Origin: an uncultured Mycoplasmatota bacterium
GTDB lineage: Bacteria > Bacillota_I > Bacilli_A > RF39 > UBA660
DNA length: 64,000 bases
NCBI GenBank assembly: GCA_900550255.1
Contig: URQZ01000004.1
Location: 9,481-73,480 of the forward strand
Direction: 5' to 3'
The translations under genes and the position numbers were made by a program. Of the stretch, positions 16,911 through 25,989 are shown in pieces; positions within the stretch are counted from its first letter, which is position 1; each line of letters begins with the position of its first letter. Under the pieces are notes generated by a model, which was given only the letters and a program-made list of their open reading frames with translations, was not told the origin of the DNA and searched no databases.

Positions 16911-19229
16911 CTAAATTTCCACTTTTTCTTGCAATGTTTGAAGATTAATACTTACCTTTCCTTCAATTATTTCATCAATTATATAATTATCTACTTTATC
17001 CTTTATTATTTTATCTAATTTTCTTGCCCCATATTCTTTGTAATTAGATAAATTAACTATTTCATTTATAACTTTATTATTAATTTTAACATTTATATTT
17101 TTCTTTTTATATTTTTCTTTTATTGTATTTATTTTCTTACTAATTAATGTATGAATATCATCCTCTTTTAAATAATTAAAAGTAATAATGTTATCAATTC
17201 TATTTACAAATGGTATTGAAAAATTATCTTTTAATTTACTTAAAACTAAATCTTCTTCTTTTTTATTAAATCCAATATTTATATCATTAAATCCAATATT
17301 AGACGTCATTAAAATAATAACATTATCAAATCTAACGATATTTCCATTACTATCTTTTATTTTACTATCATCTAGAATTTGAAATAACAAATTAATAATA
17401 TTTGGATGCGCTTTTTCTATTTCATCTAAAATTAAAACACTATATGGTTTATTTTTTATTTCCTCTAGGATATTACGATTATCATCATAACCCACATATC
17501 CAGGAGGAGCACCTACTATTTTACTAATAGAATGTGCTTCACTAAATTCACTCATATCTAATTTAATAATATTATTTCCTGTCATACATTTACCAAATGT
17601 TTTAGCAAGTTCCGTCTTTCCAACTCCAGAAGGCCCCATAAACATCATACTATAACATTTATTACTGTCCCTAAATCCTAATTTTATTTTTTTAGCAATA
17701 TGAATTAGTTCTTTTAAAGCATTTTCTTGACCAATTATTTTATCATTTAATTTCTTTTCTAAATCTTTTATTATTTTTACATTATCATTTAATATTTCAT
17801 ATACAGGTATTTTTGTTTTTAAATGAACTACCTCAGCAACATCTTCTTTTGTAACTTCCTTTTTACTTCTATTTCTAACTTTTATTTCTAAATTATTTAT
17901 TTCATTCATAATTAGATTTTCTTTTTCTTTACATTTTGATGCTTCTTTAAAATTACTATTTAAAATATATTCTTTCTTTTTTTTCATTGTATTTGTAAGT
18001 TCTTTTTTTAGCATATTATATTTTTTGATATTTTTATTTTCTTTTAAACTTACTCTTGCACATACTTCATCTAAAATATCAATAGCTTTATCTGGTTGAT
18101 TTCGATCATAAACATATTTTTCTGATAAATCAATTATTAAATCAACAATATCATTATCAACTGTTACAAAGTGATATTTTTCATAAATAGTCTTTAATTT
18201 CATCAAAATTTCTTTAACCGTTTTTTTATCAGGAGCCTCTACTGTTACTTTTTGAAAACGACGATCTAGTGCCCCATCCTTTTCTATATATTTTTTATAT
18301 TCTGAAATAGTAGTAGCACCAATACAACGAAGTTTATTACGAGCAAGGGCTGGTTTAAAAATATTTGAAGCATCAATTGCTCCTTCAGCTCCTCCCGCAC
18401 CAACTAATGTATGTATTTCATCAATAAATAGGATTATATCATCGTTAGATTCTATTTCTTTTAAAATTTTTCTAATTCTATCTTCAAATTCACCACGGTA
18501 TTTGGTTCCAGCTACAGCTGTTGCCATATCTAAACTAATAATTCTTTTATTACGAAGAGACATTGGAACATCACCACTAACAATTAGACGACTTAATTCC
18601 TCCACTATAGCCGTCTTTCCAACGCCTGCCTCCCCAATTAAAATAGGGTTATTTTTAGTTCTTCTAGATAAAACTTCTAAAATACGTTTTATTTCAACCT
18701 CACGACCAATTACAGGATCTAATTTACCTTCCATGGCTTTCTTAGTAAGATCTACTCCTAATTCTTCAAGTAGTAATTTCTTTTTATTTTTTTTCTTTTT
18801 AGGTGTAGATATTTGAATAACAAAATCATTATATAATTCATCTATATCTATATTCATACTAAGCATTATTCTAATTGCGACACCTTCTCCTTCTTCTAAA
18901 AGGCTAGAAAAAAGATGTTCTATTTTAACTTCTCCATTATTATTCTCTTTACTATCTACAATAGCATTTTCAATTACGCGTTTTAAAAGTGGCGTATATA
19001 AAAACCATTCACTTTCTCTTTTACCTATACCAATTGTATTTATGATTTCCTCACGCATTCTATTATAATCTAAATTATAATCCTTTAATTTTTCACTAAC
19101 TATATTATCTTTTTTTAAGATTGCTAAAAGAAGATGTTCACTTCCAACATAAGGATGTTTTAAACTTGTCATTTCTTTTTTTGCCATAACTAAAACTTTT
19201 CTTGCTTCTTCTGTAAAATTTCCAAACAT
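16911..19229 (-). CDS. clpC: ATP-dependent Clp protease ATP-binding subunit, ClpC/ClpE-like class I AAA+ unfoldase
   Basis: There is an N-terminal Clp_N repeat domain and two AAA+ modules (Walker A 'GEAGVGKTA' and 'GPSGVGKTE'). An IGF tripeptide 'NIGFNDINIGF' marks the ClpP-docking loop. An AAAGGAG RBS precedes the start. Confidence 0.85.
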   Translation of the reverse strand: MFGNFTEEARKVLVMAKKEMTSLKHPYVGSEHLLLAILKKDNIVSEKLKDYNLDYNRMREEIINTIGIGKRESEWFLYTPLLKRVIENAIVDSKENNNGEVKIEHLFSSLLEEGEGVAIRIMLSMNIDIDELYNDFVIQISTPKKKKNKKKLLLEELGVDLTKKAMEGKLDPVIGREVEIKRILEVLSRRTKNNPILIGEAGVGKTAIVEELSRLIVSGDVPMSLRNKRIISLDMATAVAGTKYRGEFEDRIRKILKEIESNDDIILFIDEIHTLVGAGGAEGAIDASNIFKPALARNKLRCIGATTISEYKKYIEKDGALDRRFQKVTVEAPDKKTVKEILMKLKTIYEKYHFVTVDNDIVDLIIDLSEKYVYDRNQPDKAIDILDEVCARVSLKENKNIKKYNMLKKELTNTMKKKKEYILNSNFKEASKCKEKENLIMNEINNLEIKVRNRSKKEVTKEDVAEVVHLKTKIPVYEILNDNVKIIKDLEKKLNDKIIGQENALKELIHIAKKIKLGFRDSNKCYSMMFMGPSGVGKTELAKTFGKCMTGNNIIKLDMSEFSEAHSISKIVGAPPGYVGYDDNRNILEEIKNKPYSVLILDEIEKAHPNIINLLFQILDDSKIKDSNGNIVRFDNVIILMTSNIGFNDINIGFNKKEEDLVLSKLKDNFSIPFVNRIDNIITFNYLKEDDIHTLISKKINTIKEKYKKKNINVKINNKVINEIVNLSNYKEYGARKLDKIIKDKVDNYIIDEIIEGKVSINLQTLQEKVEI

Positions 19230-19337
19230 AAAAATCTCCTTTCAATATCATTCTATGTTTATAATGAACAGTTAGTCTTAATTTTAATCAACAAAAAAAG
19301 AGTTATTTCAAGATTTATTATTTTAAATTAAAAAGTA

Positions 19338-19366
19338 GTGCAATAAAAAAGAAAGTCAAAACTTTC
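19338..19366 (-). terminator. rho-independent terminator of dacA
   Basis: The hairpin gaaagt-caaa-actttc lies immediately after the stop codon. On the minus strand it is followed by TTTTTTATT. Confidence 0.6.
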
Positions 19367-20542
19367 TTATACATTTATATTACCACCTAGAATATCACTT
19401 AAGTATCTCCAATATAATTCTATAAAATTGGCCTTTTTTACATCATTTTTTACAGTAACATTTACTTTATTAATTATTTTACCATTTCTTTTAACTTCAA
19501 TATCACCTAAAACTTTACCTTTTTTTACAGGAGCTTTTACTTTTTTTAGATTTAAATTATAAGTTATTTTTCCTATTTTATCTGTTTTTTTAGTAAGTAA
19601 AACAATATCCTCTTTTGGAACAATTTTAACATATTTTGATTTACCTTTTTCTACCTCTTTTTTAGCTATAACACTTTTTTTATTTATCAACTCTTCAACT
19701 TTATATTGTGCGAAAGCATAATCTAACATCGTTGATGTTTCGCTATTTCTTGTTTTAGTATCTGGTTCTCCCATGACAACCGTAATAATACGCATTCCAT
19801 CACGTTTTGCAGTTGATGTAAGACAATATCCAGCTTCCTTAGTATAACCAGTTTTTAATCCATCAACACCAGGATAAAAACGCGTTAATTTATTAGTATT
19901 AGTAAGCCATAATTCCCTTTCAGTTCCTTTTCTTAAATAATCTTCATAAGTTGATGTATATTTTAAAACACGATCATGTCTAACTAATTCTTTAGCAATT
20001 AAAGACATATCATAAGCACTTGAATAATGATTAGCATCATCTAATCCATGAGGATTTTTAAAAACAGAATCTTTTAACCCTAACTCTTTAGCTCTTTTAT
20101 TCATCATTTTGACAAATTCATCTTCTGTACCAGCAACGGCTTCAGCTAAAGCAACAACCGCATCATTTCCACTCATTATAGCAACACCTTTAAAAAGATC
20201 ATCAACGCTCATTTGTTCCCCTGTTTCAAGTAAAATTTGGCTTCCACCCATACCAGAGGCATTTTCACTTACTGTTATTTTTTGATCCCATGAAATAATA
20301 CCATCTTCGACAGCTTCAACAATCAAAAGCATACTCATCATCTTAGTCATCGATGCAGGAGGAAGTTTTTCATGACTATTTTTATCAAAAAGTACTTTTC
20401 CACTGCTAGCCTCAATCATAATAGCACTTTTCGCATTTTCAGCTAAATTAGTTGACGTTTTAACAACAGCTTTTGTTTCTGCAGCCAAAACTATTCCCGG
20501 TATAATTAATAAACAAATCATTAAACTTAAAATCTTTTTCAT
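19367..20542 (-). CDS. dacA: D-alanyl-D-alanine carboxypeptidase (PBP5/DacA-type, S11 family)
   Basis: There is a signal peptide. The SxxK motif is 'SMTKMMS', the SxN motif is 'SGND' and the KTG motif is 'LKTGYT'. Confidence 0.85.
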   Translation of the reverse strand: MKKILSLMICLLIIPGIVLAAETKAVVKTSTNLAENAKSAIMIEASSGKVLFDKNSHEKLPPASMTKMMSMLLIVEAVEDGIISWDQKITVSENASGMGGSQILLETGEQMSVDDLFKGVAIMSGNDAVVALAEAVAGTEDEFVKMMNKRAKELGLKDSVFKNPHGLDDANHYSSAYDMSLIAKELVRHDRVLKYTSTYEDYLRKGTERELWLTNTNKLTRFYPGVDGLKTGYTKEAGYCLTSTAKRDGMRIITVVMGEPDTKTRNSETSTMLDYAFAQYKVEELINKKSVIAKKEVEKGKSKYVKIVPKEDIVLLTKKTDKIGKITYNLNLKKVKAPVKKGKVLGDIEVKRNGKIINKVNVTVKNDVKKANFIELYWRYLSDILGGNINV

Positions 20543-20592
20543 ATTTCACCTCTAATAAAGAGTATGAAAATAAAACAAAAAAAGAATATATT

Positions 20593-21108
20593 TTACTTAA
20601 AATATCCATTTTGGACATATTTTGTTTCATTTACGACAATAAAAGCCTTCTCATCAATTTTCTTAATCATATTTTTTAAATGTGAAATATCCTTTTTATC
20701 TATTTCAATAAATAACATATATTTATCTTTTTTATCATAACGACCTTTTATATCAACAACAGATATACCATAACCTTGTTTTTTTATTTCATCAATTAAT
20801 TTATCATTTTTAGTACTAGTTACAACTTGAACACCAAGATTACCACTAATAAAACGATCTGATAAATAACCTCCAATATAAGTACCGGTCGCAAAACCTA
20901 AAGAATAAGAAATTGCAATCCAAATACTATCAACATCAGTATTTAAAGCCTCTCTTGCAATTATAAACCAAACAAAAACTTCAACAAAACCAACCATACT
21001 TGCAAGCATATTTCTCCCTTTAACCGTAATAATAGTCCTTAAAGTACCAAGTGATACATCTATAATTCTTACTAAAAATATTTTAATACAAAGTATTACT
21101 ATTGTCAT
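20593..21108 (-). CDS. UPF0316/DUF2179-type small membrane protein
   Basis: An N-terminal hydrophobic domain is followed by a C-terminal soluble domain. The size and layout resemble YebE-like proteins. An AAAGGTGA RBS precedes the start. Confidence 0.5.
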   Translation of the reverse strand: MTIVILCIKIFLVRIIDVSLGTLRTIITVKGRNMLASMVGFVEVFVWFIIAREALNTDVDSIWIAISYSLGFATGTYIGGYLSDRFISGNLGVQVVTSTKNDKLIDEIKKQGYGISVVDIKGRYDKKDKYMLFIEIDKKDISHLKNMIKKIDEKAFIVVNETKYVQNGYFK

Positions 21109-21177
21109 TTAATCACCTTTTTTCTAATAATTATTATTATCTTTTAATCACTTTTTATGTTGTAATTTATCATTTTT

Positions 21178-22155
21178 TTGTTTATAATAAAACTAGGTGA
21201 TATTATGTATACTAAGAGAAAATTAAATTATAAACTTATCTTTACAATTATAGTTATAATTATTGCTATTGCAGCTGGAACTATAGGAATTAAAAAATAT
21301 ATTGATTATCGCAATAGTAATGAATTTAAACTAAAACAAATTGGTTATAACGAAACAGAAATAAAAGATATTACAAAATTAAAAGATGATCAAATAAAAG
21401 CTATCTTAAAGAAAAAATATAATCGTTTAAATATTAAATTTATTCGTCAAAAATATTTTATAACTAATAATCTTGATAGATATATTAAATACTATAATAA
21501 TCATAAAGATGATAAAATAAGTCATATTGTAAGTATCGTTAACGTTTGTGCGGATGAAGACTACTATGATAAAGACACCGTTAAAAAAACAGATATATCT
21601 AAAAAAGAATTAATGCTTGTAAATAAATTTAATTACTTAGATGAAAATTATGCCCCAAATGATATTGTTAAAGTTAGTATGCAATTTGCTTATGGCGATA
21701 ATGAAATCAAAAAAGAAGTATATGAAAAATTCCGTTCAATGTATAATGACGCTAAAAAAGAAGGATTATATTTAATTATAACTTCATCATATCGTGATTA
21801 TAATTTTCAAAAAGAACTATGGGATAGTTATGCTAACCAAAAAGGTGATGAATGGGCCGATAGTGTATCTGCACGAGCTGGTTATTCAGAACATCAAACA
21901 GGATATACTTTAGATATTGTTACTTATAACGCTAATATGAGTAGTTTTGAAAAAACTGACGAATTTAAATGGTTACAAGATAACGCTTATAAATACGGAT
22001 TTATTCTAAGATATCCTAAAGATAAAGAAGATATAACAGGATATTCTTATGAATCATGGCATTATCGTTACGTTGGTAAAGATGTTGCTACAAAAATTAA
22101 AAAATTAGGAATTACTTTTGATGAATATTATGCATACTTTATAGAAGGAAAATAG
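21178..22155 (+). CDS. membrane-anchored D-Ala-D-Ala carboxypeptidase, VanY-type (M15B zinc peptidase), paralog A
   Basis: There is an N-terminal TM helix. The translation has 'SEHQTGYTLD' (SxHxxGxAxD-like), 'ESWHYRYVG' (ExxH) and 'SSYRDY'. Confidence 0.75.
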   Translation: MFIIKLGDIMYTKRKLNYKLIFTIIVIIIAIAAGTIGIKKYIDYRNSNEFKLKQIGYNETEIKDITKLKDDQIKAILKKKYNRLNIKFIRQKYFITNNLDRYIKYYNNHKDDKISHIVSIVNVCADEDYYDKDTVKKTDISKKELMLVNKFNYLDENYAPNDIVKVSMQFAYGDNEIKKEVYEKFRSMYNDAKKEGLYLIITSSYRDYNFQKELWDSYANQKGDEWADSVSARAGYSEHQTGYTLDIVTYNANMSSFEKTDEFKWLQDNAYKYGFILRYPKDKEDITGYSYESWHYRYVGKDVATKIKKLGITFDEYYAYFIEGK

Positions 22156-22202
22156 GTTATACCTATTTTTCTTTTATAATCATATAATATAATGGTGATA
22201 GT

Positions 22203-22868
22203 ATGAGTGAAGAAAACTTCAAAAAATGTGTTTATATTGTTTTAGCCCTACTCATATTAGTTTTTTATACAAAGGATATTGATTTCTTTTACAAAAAAGT
22301 TAAAGATATTAAAAATCCCGATAGTTTAATGGTTCTTGTTAATAAATTAAATAGACTTCAAAGTAATTATGTACCACATGATTTAGAGCAAATTTCTCTA
22401 AATTATGCAACAAATAACAAATTTCTAAGAAAAGAAGCTAAAGAAAACTTTGAAAAACTAAGTAGTGATGCTAAAAAAATAGGTTACTCTATTATAGCTG
22501 TATCAGCTTATCGTGACTATGATTATCAAGAAAATCTTTTTAACAATTATGTTAAAGAAAAAGGCGAAAATTATGCCCTAAAATGTTCTGCAAAAGCTGG
22601 TCATTCAGAACATCAAACAGGTCTTTCAGTTGATGTTATGGGTTCTAATAACGATTATGATCAATTTGAAAAAAGTAAAGAATTTGATTGGATGAAAAAT
22701 AATTCATATAAATATGGATTTATTCTAAGATATCCCAAAGGAAAAGAATATATAACTGGTTTTAAATATGAACCATGGCATTATCGTTATGTTGGTAAAG
22801 ATATTGCCAGTATAATTTATACTGAAGGAATAACTTTAGAGGAATATTATAAAAGATATATAAAATAA
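22203..22868 (+). CDS. membrane-anchored VanY-type D,D-carboxypeptidase (M15B), paralog B
   Basis: The translation has 'SEHQTGLSVD' and 'EPWHYRYVG' with the same architecture as the upstream paralog. Confidence 0.75.
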   Translation: MSEENFKKCVYIVLALLILVFYTKDIDFFYKKVKDIKNPDSLMVLVNKLNRLQSNYVPHDLEQISLNYATNNKFLRKEAKENFEKLSSDAKKIGYSIIAVSAYRDYDYQENLFNNYVKEKGENYALKCSAKAGHSEHQTGLSVDVMGSNNDYDQFEKSKEFDWMKNNSYKYGFILRYPKGKEYITGFKYEPWHYRYVGKDIASIIYTEGITLEEYYKRYIK

Positions 22869-22870
22869 AA

Positions 22871-23374
22871 TTATTTAATTTTAAAAATCATGGAAATTAA
22901 ATCCACACTTAATAAAATAAGTAAAATCCAAGTTATTAACTTGGGTATTTTTTTTATAAATTTGTCAACTAATGGTTTTATTAAATAAATCAAAATAACA
23001 GATGCTATTCCCCATATAAAAGCCATTTCTAAAGAAGTATATTTACCAATATTAAATCTCATCGAACTATAATTCCAAAAAACAATATGGAATAAGGTCT
23101 CAATAATAATTCCGCCTACGTATTCTAAAAAACTAAGTGATACAGCCCCAATCATAAACACAGAAAGAAATTTTTTAAATTTTGCATTTTCTATAAATGG
23201 TTTAATTGCATTATAAAAAATAATGATAACAATAACACCTAATCCATATATAGGAGTCCAATAACCATTTAGAATTCCACTATCACCATCACTATAAAAA
23301 AAACCTTCAATAAAGTGTCCAAAAATAGAAAATAAGAAAAAATAATTTAAATAATAATACATAGTTATCACCAA
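22871..23374 (-). CDS. polytopic membrane protein, possibly of the 'putative ABC-transporter type IV' (CmpB-like) family
   Basis: The protein has 4-5 TM helices and a 'FSIFGHFIEGFFY' motif reminiscent of that family. Confidence is low. Confidence 0.4.
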   Translation of the reverse strand: MVITMYYYLNYFFLFSIFGHFIEGFFYSDGDSGILNGYWTPIYGLGVIVIIIFYNAIKPFIENAKFKKFLSVFMIGAVSLSFLEYVGGIIIETLFHIVFWNYSSMRFNIGKYTSLEMAFIWGIASVILIYLIKPLVDKFIKKIPKLITWILLILLSVDLISMIFKIK

Positions 23375-23414
23375 TATTAGTATGCCTCTTTTTTTTAAAT
23401 ATATAAAAAAAGAA

Positions 23415-23843
23415 TTAGTCTTCTAATTCTTCTTCATCAATAATAGCTAAATCTTCAAGTTCATCATCTTCATCAAGATCATCATCCACTACTTCATCAA
23501 TATTCTCTTCTTCATCTTCTGGTTGTTCTTCTTCAGTTGTTTCATCCTCGTCTTCCTCATCTTCATCATCTTCGTCCTCAACTGAAACATCAATAGAATG
23601 ATTATCTCTTATATCCCACTCATTACTATCTAGTAAAACAAATCTTTTATCAATGGTTAAAGATGTATAATAGTCACCTATTTTAGCAGAATATTCATCA
23701 TCACTATATCCTAATAAATCACATATTTTTCTAAATATAGTGGGTGTATTCATAGGTTTCTTGTTTTCTTTTATTAATAAATAAGTCATATCTGTGTATG
23801 AAAGTAACTCTAATTCTTCCACTGGCATATTTTTTAAACTCAT
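23415..23843 (-). CDS. rpoE: DNA-directed RNA polymerase subunit delta
   Basis: There is an N-terminal HARE-HTH-like domain 'PVEELELLSYTDMTYLLIKE'. The C-terminal tail of about 60 residues is strongly acidic and rich in Asp and Glu. Confidence 0.85.
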   Translation of the reverse strand: MSLKNMPVEELELLSYTDMTYLLIKENKKPMNTPTIFRKICDLLGYSDDEYSAKIGDYYTSLTIDKRFVLLDSNEWDIRDNHSIDVSVEDEDDEDEEDEDETTEEEQPEDEEENIDEVVDDDLDEDDELEDLAIIDEEELED

Positions 23844-23854
23844 AATAATTCCTC

Positions 23855-25534
23855 CTACATTTTATTTGGCATCTTTATTCCAAGTAAACGCATTCCTTCT
23901 GTCAAAACAACTCCAACACATTTACTTAGCGCTAAATTAAAGTTTGTTTTGTTATTATTATCATCAATGATTTTAACATTTGCATACATTTTATTAAAAT
24001 CACTACTTAAATTAAGTAAATATTTTGCAATTTCTGATGGGTCATAATTATCTTTTGATTTAACAACCACTTCAGGAAATTCATATAAATCAAATATAAC
24101 ATTCCATATAGTATCATTTATATCTATCTCATCATAATTTATGTCATTTTCTTTATAATGTTCTAACAATGAATTAATTCTTGCATTAGTATATTGAATA
24201 TAAGGGCCAGTATTTCCTGTAAATGATAATGTTTCCTCTAAATTAAAATCAATGTCATTAACACGATAATTTTTAAGATCATTAAATATTACAGCACCAA
24301 CACCAATTTTTTTAGAAACTTCTTCTTTATCTTTTAAAGTTGGATTCTTCTCTTCAATATATTTATTTGCTAAAGAAATAGAGCTATCTAATAAATCTTG
24401 TAAATTTAATCCTGTTCCACCACGAGTAGACATTTTTTTACCATTTTGAAGCATAAGCCCAAAACTTATATGTTTTAATTTATTACTATCATATCCCATT
24501 TTACTTAGAACTCTTTTTAACTGTTCAAAATGTAATGTCTGTTCATTTCCTACAACATACAAAATTTCATCAAATTTGTATTTTTCTAAACGATCAATAT
24601 AAGCAGCTAAATCACGGGTAATATATATTGAAGTACCATCGCTTTTTTGAATTAAAGCAGGCACAATATCGTCACCAATATTTACTACATTTGCACCTTC
24701 GCTTACTTCAAGTAAATTTTTTTTCTTTAGCATCTCTATTACATCATAAGCTTTCTCTTTATAATAAGCTTCTCCATTATATTCATCGAAATCACTAATT
24801 CCTAAAATTTTATAAGTTTTTTTGAAATCTTTTAAAGACTCCTCTTTAAACCAATTCCATAATTTTAAAGCTTCAGGATCATTATTTTCTAATTTTCTAA
24901 ACCAAATTCTTCCTTGTTCATCAAGTTCTGGATTTAATTTTGCCTCTTCATGAAATTTAACATACAAATCTTTAAGTTCCTTAGTTGGATTTTGTTTTAC
25001 CTTTTCTTCATCACCCCAGGTGATATAGGCATAAAGAACCTTACCAAATTGTGTTCCATAATCTCCTAAAAAATCTAAACTATAAACCTTATAACCATTT
25101 TTTTCATAAATATTTTTAAGTGCTTCACCAATAACTGTACTACGTAAATGTCCAATTCCAAATGGTTTAGCAATATTTGGTGATGAATATTCTATAACAA
25201 TATTTTTACTATCTCCAATATTATTTGAACCATAATTATTTAGTTCTGTCATTATTTTATTCAGAATATATGAAACTATAACTTTTTTTTGAACAAAAAT
25301 ATTTAAGTATCCATTAACTACTTCTACTTTTTCGTATTTTTTTTGATCTAAATTATCTTTAATATAGTTTGCTATTTCAATTGGACTTTTTCTTAATACT
25401 TTAGAAAAAGTAAAACATGGAATAGCATAATCTCCCTTTGTCTTATCTTTTGGTTTTTCAATTATAATACTATTAATATCTATATCTTTTAATATTTTAA
25501 AGACATCTTTTTTTATTTCTTCTTTTATATTCAC
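23855..25534 (-). CDS. argS: arginine--tRNA ligase
   Basis: This is a class I synthetase. The HIGH-region block is 'SSPNIAKPFGIGHLRSTVIG'. A C-terminal DALR anticodon-binding domain is present. Confidence 0.95.
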   Translation of the reverse strand: MNIKEEIKKDVFKILKDIDINSIIIEKPKDKTKGDYAIPCFTFSKVLRKSPIEIANYIKDNLDQKKYEKVEVVNGYLNIFVQKKVIVSYILNKIMTELNNYGSNNIGDSKNIVIEYSSPNIAKPFGIGHLRSTVIGEALKNIYEKNGYKVYSLDFLGDYGTQFGKVLYAYITWGDEEKVKQNPTKELKDLYVKFHEEAKLNPELDEQGRIWFRKLENNDPEALKLWNWFKEESLKDFKKTYKILGISDFDEYNGEAYYKEKAYDVIEMLKKKNLLEVSEGANVVNIGDDIVPALIQKSDGTSIYITRDLAAYIDRLEKYKFDEILYVVGNEQTLHFEQLKRVLSKMGYDSNKLKHISFGLMLQNGKKMSTRGGTGLNLQDLLDSSISLANKYIEEKNPTLKDKEEVSKKIGVGAVIFNDLKNYRVNDIDFNLEETLSFTGNTGPYIQYTNARINSLLEHYKENDINYDEIDINDTIWNVIFDLYEFPEVVVKSKDNYDPSEIAKYLLNLSSDFNKMYANVKIIDDNNNKTNFNLALSKCVGVVLTEGMRLLGIKMPNKM

Positions 25535-25902
25535 TATATCGCCTCATATTCAATTTCATAAATATTTAGACCTAAATCTTCATTATTTATATATAATATA
25601 TATTCTATATATATTTTGTTATCTTTTATAATTAATTCCTTTGTTTTTGTTTTTAAATCTAGTATTCCGATATTCTTTATATCATACTTTCCTTCAATTG
25701 TCAAAAATTTTTGAAAATCCATTGTAATTTTATATTCATCAGTACTTCTAATTATTTTAATTTTATCATTTTGAATTTCAATTTTAACTTTTATTTTATC
25801 TTCATAAAAAGTTAATATTTGATTATTCAATATACCATTTATTTTTTTTTCAAAACTATTTTCTTTATTATTTAATTTTGTTTTAAGTCTAATTTTTGAC
25901 AT
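25534..25902 (-). CDS. DUF1934 (YwiB-like) beta-barrel protein conserved upstream of argS
   Basis: The start is reassigned to the ATG at 25900..25902 (MSKIRL...), which has an AAGAGGA RBS. The stop overlaps the argS start. An extended -10 (TGTTATAAT) lies upstream. Confidence 0.6.
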   Translation of the reverse strand: MSKIRLKTKLNNKENSFEKKINGILNNQILTFYEDKIKVKIEIQNDKIKIIRSTDEYKITMDFQKFLTIEGKYDIKNIGILDLKTKTKELIIKDNKIYIEYILYINNEDLGLNIYEIEYEAI

Positions 25903-25989
25903 AACATCTTCCTCTTTACGCAAGTAATTATAACATAATATATATCTTTTTAAAAGAAAAAATGTGAATAATTCACATTTTGTTAACAT

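Noticed and set aside
19230-19340. CtsR operator (tandem GGTCAAA heptads) expected upstream of clpC
   Set aside because: No tandem heptad repeat is found on either strand. Only a single AGTCAAA is present, and it belongs to the dacA terminator hairpin. clpC regulation here is unresolved.
25903-25989. T-box leader upstream of the DUF1934-argS operon
   Set aside because: No GGTGGNACCGCG-type motif is present. The region contains only a terminator hairpin for the upstream gene and an extended -10 promoter.
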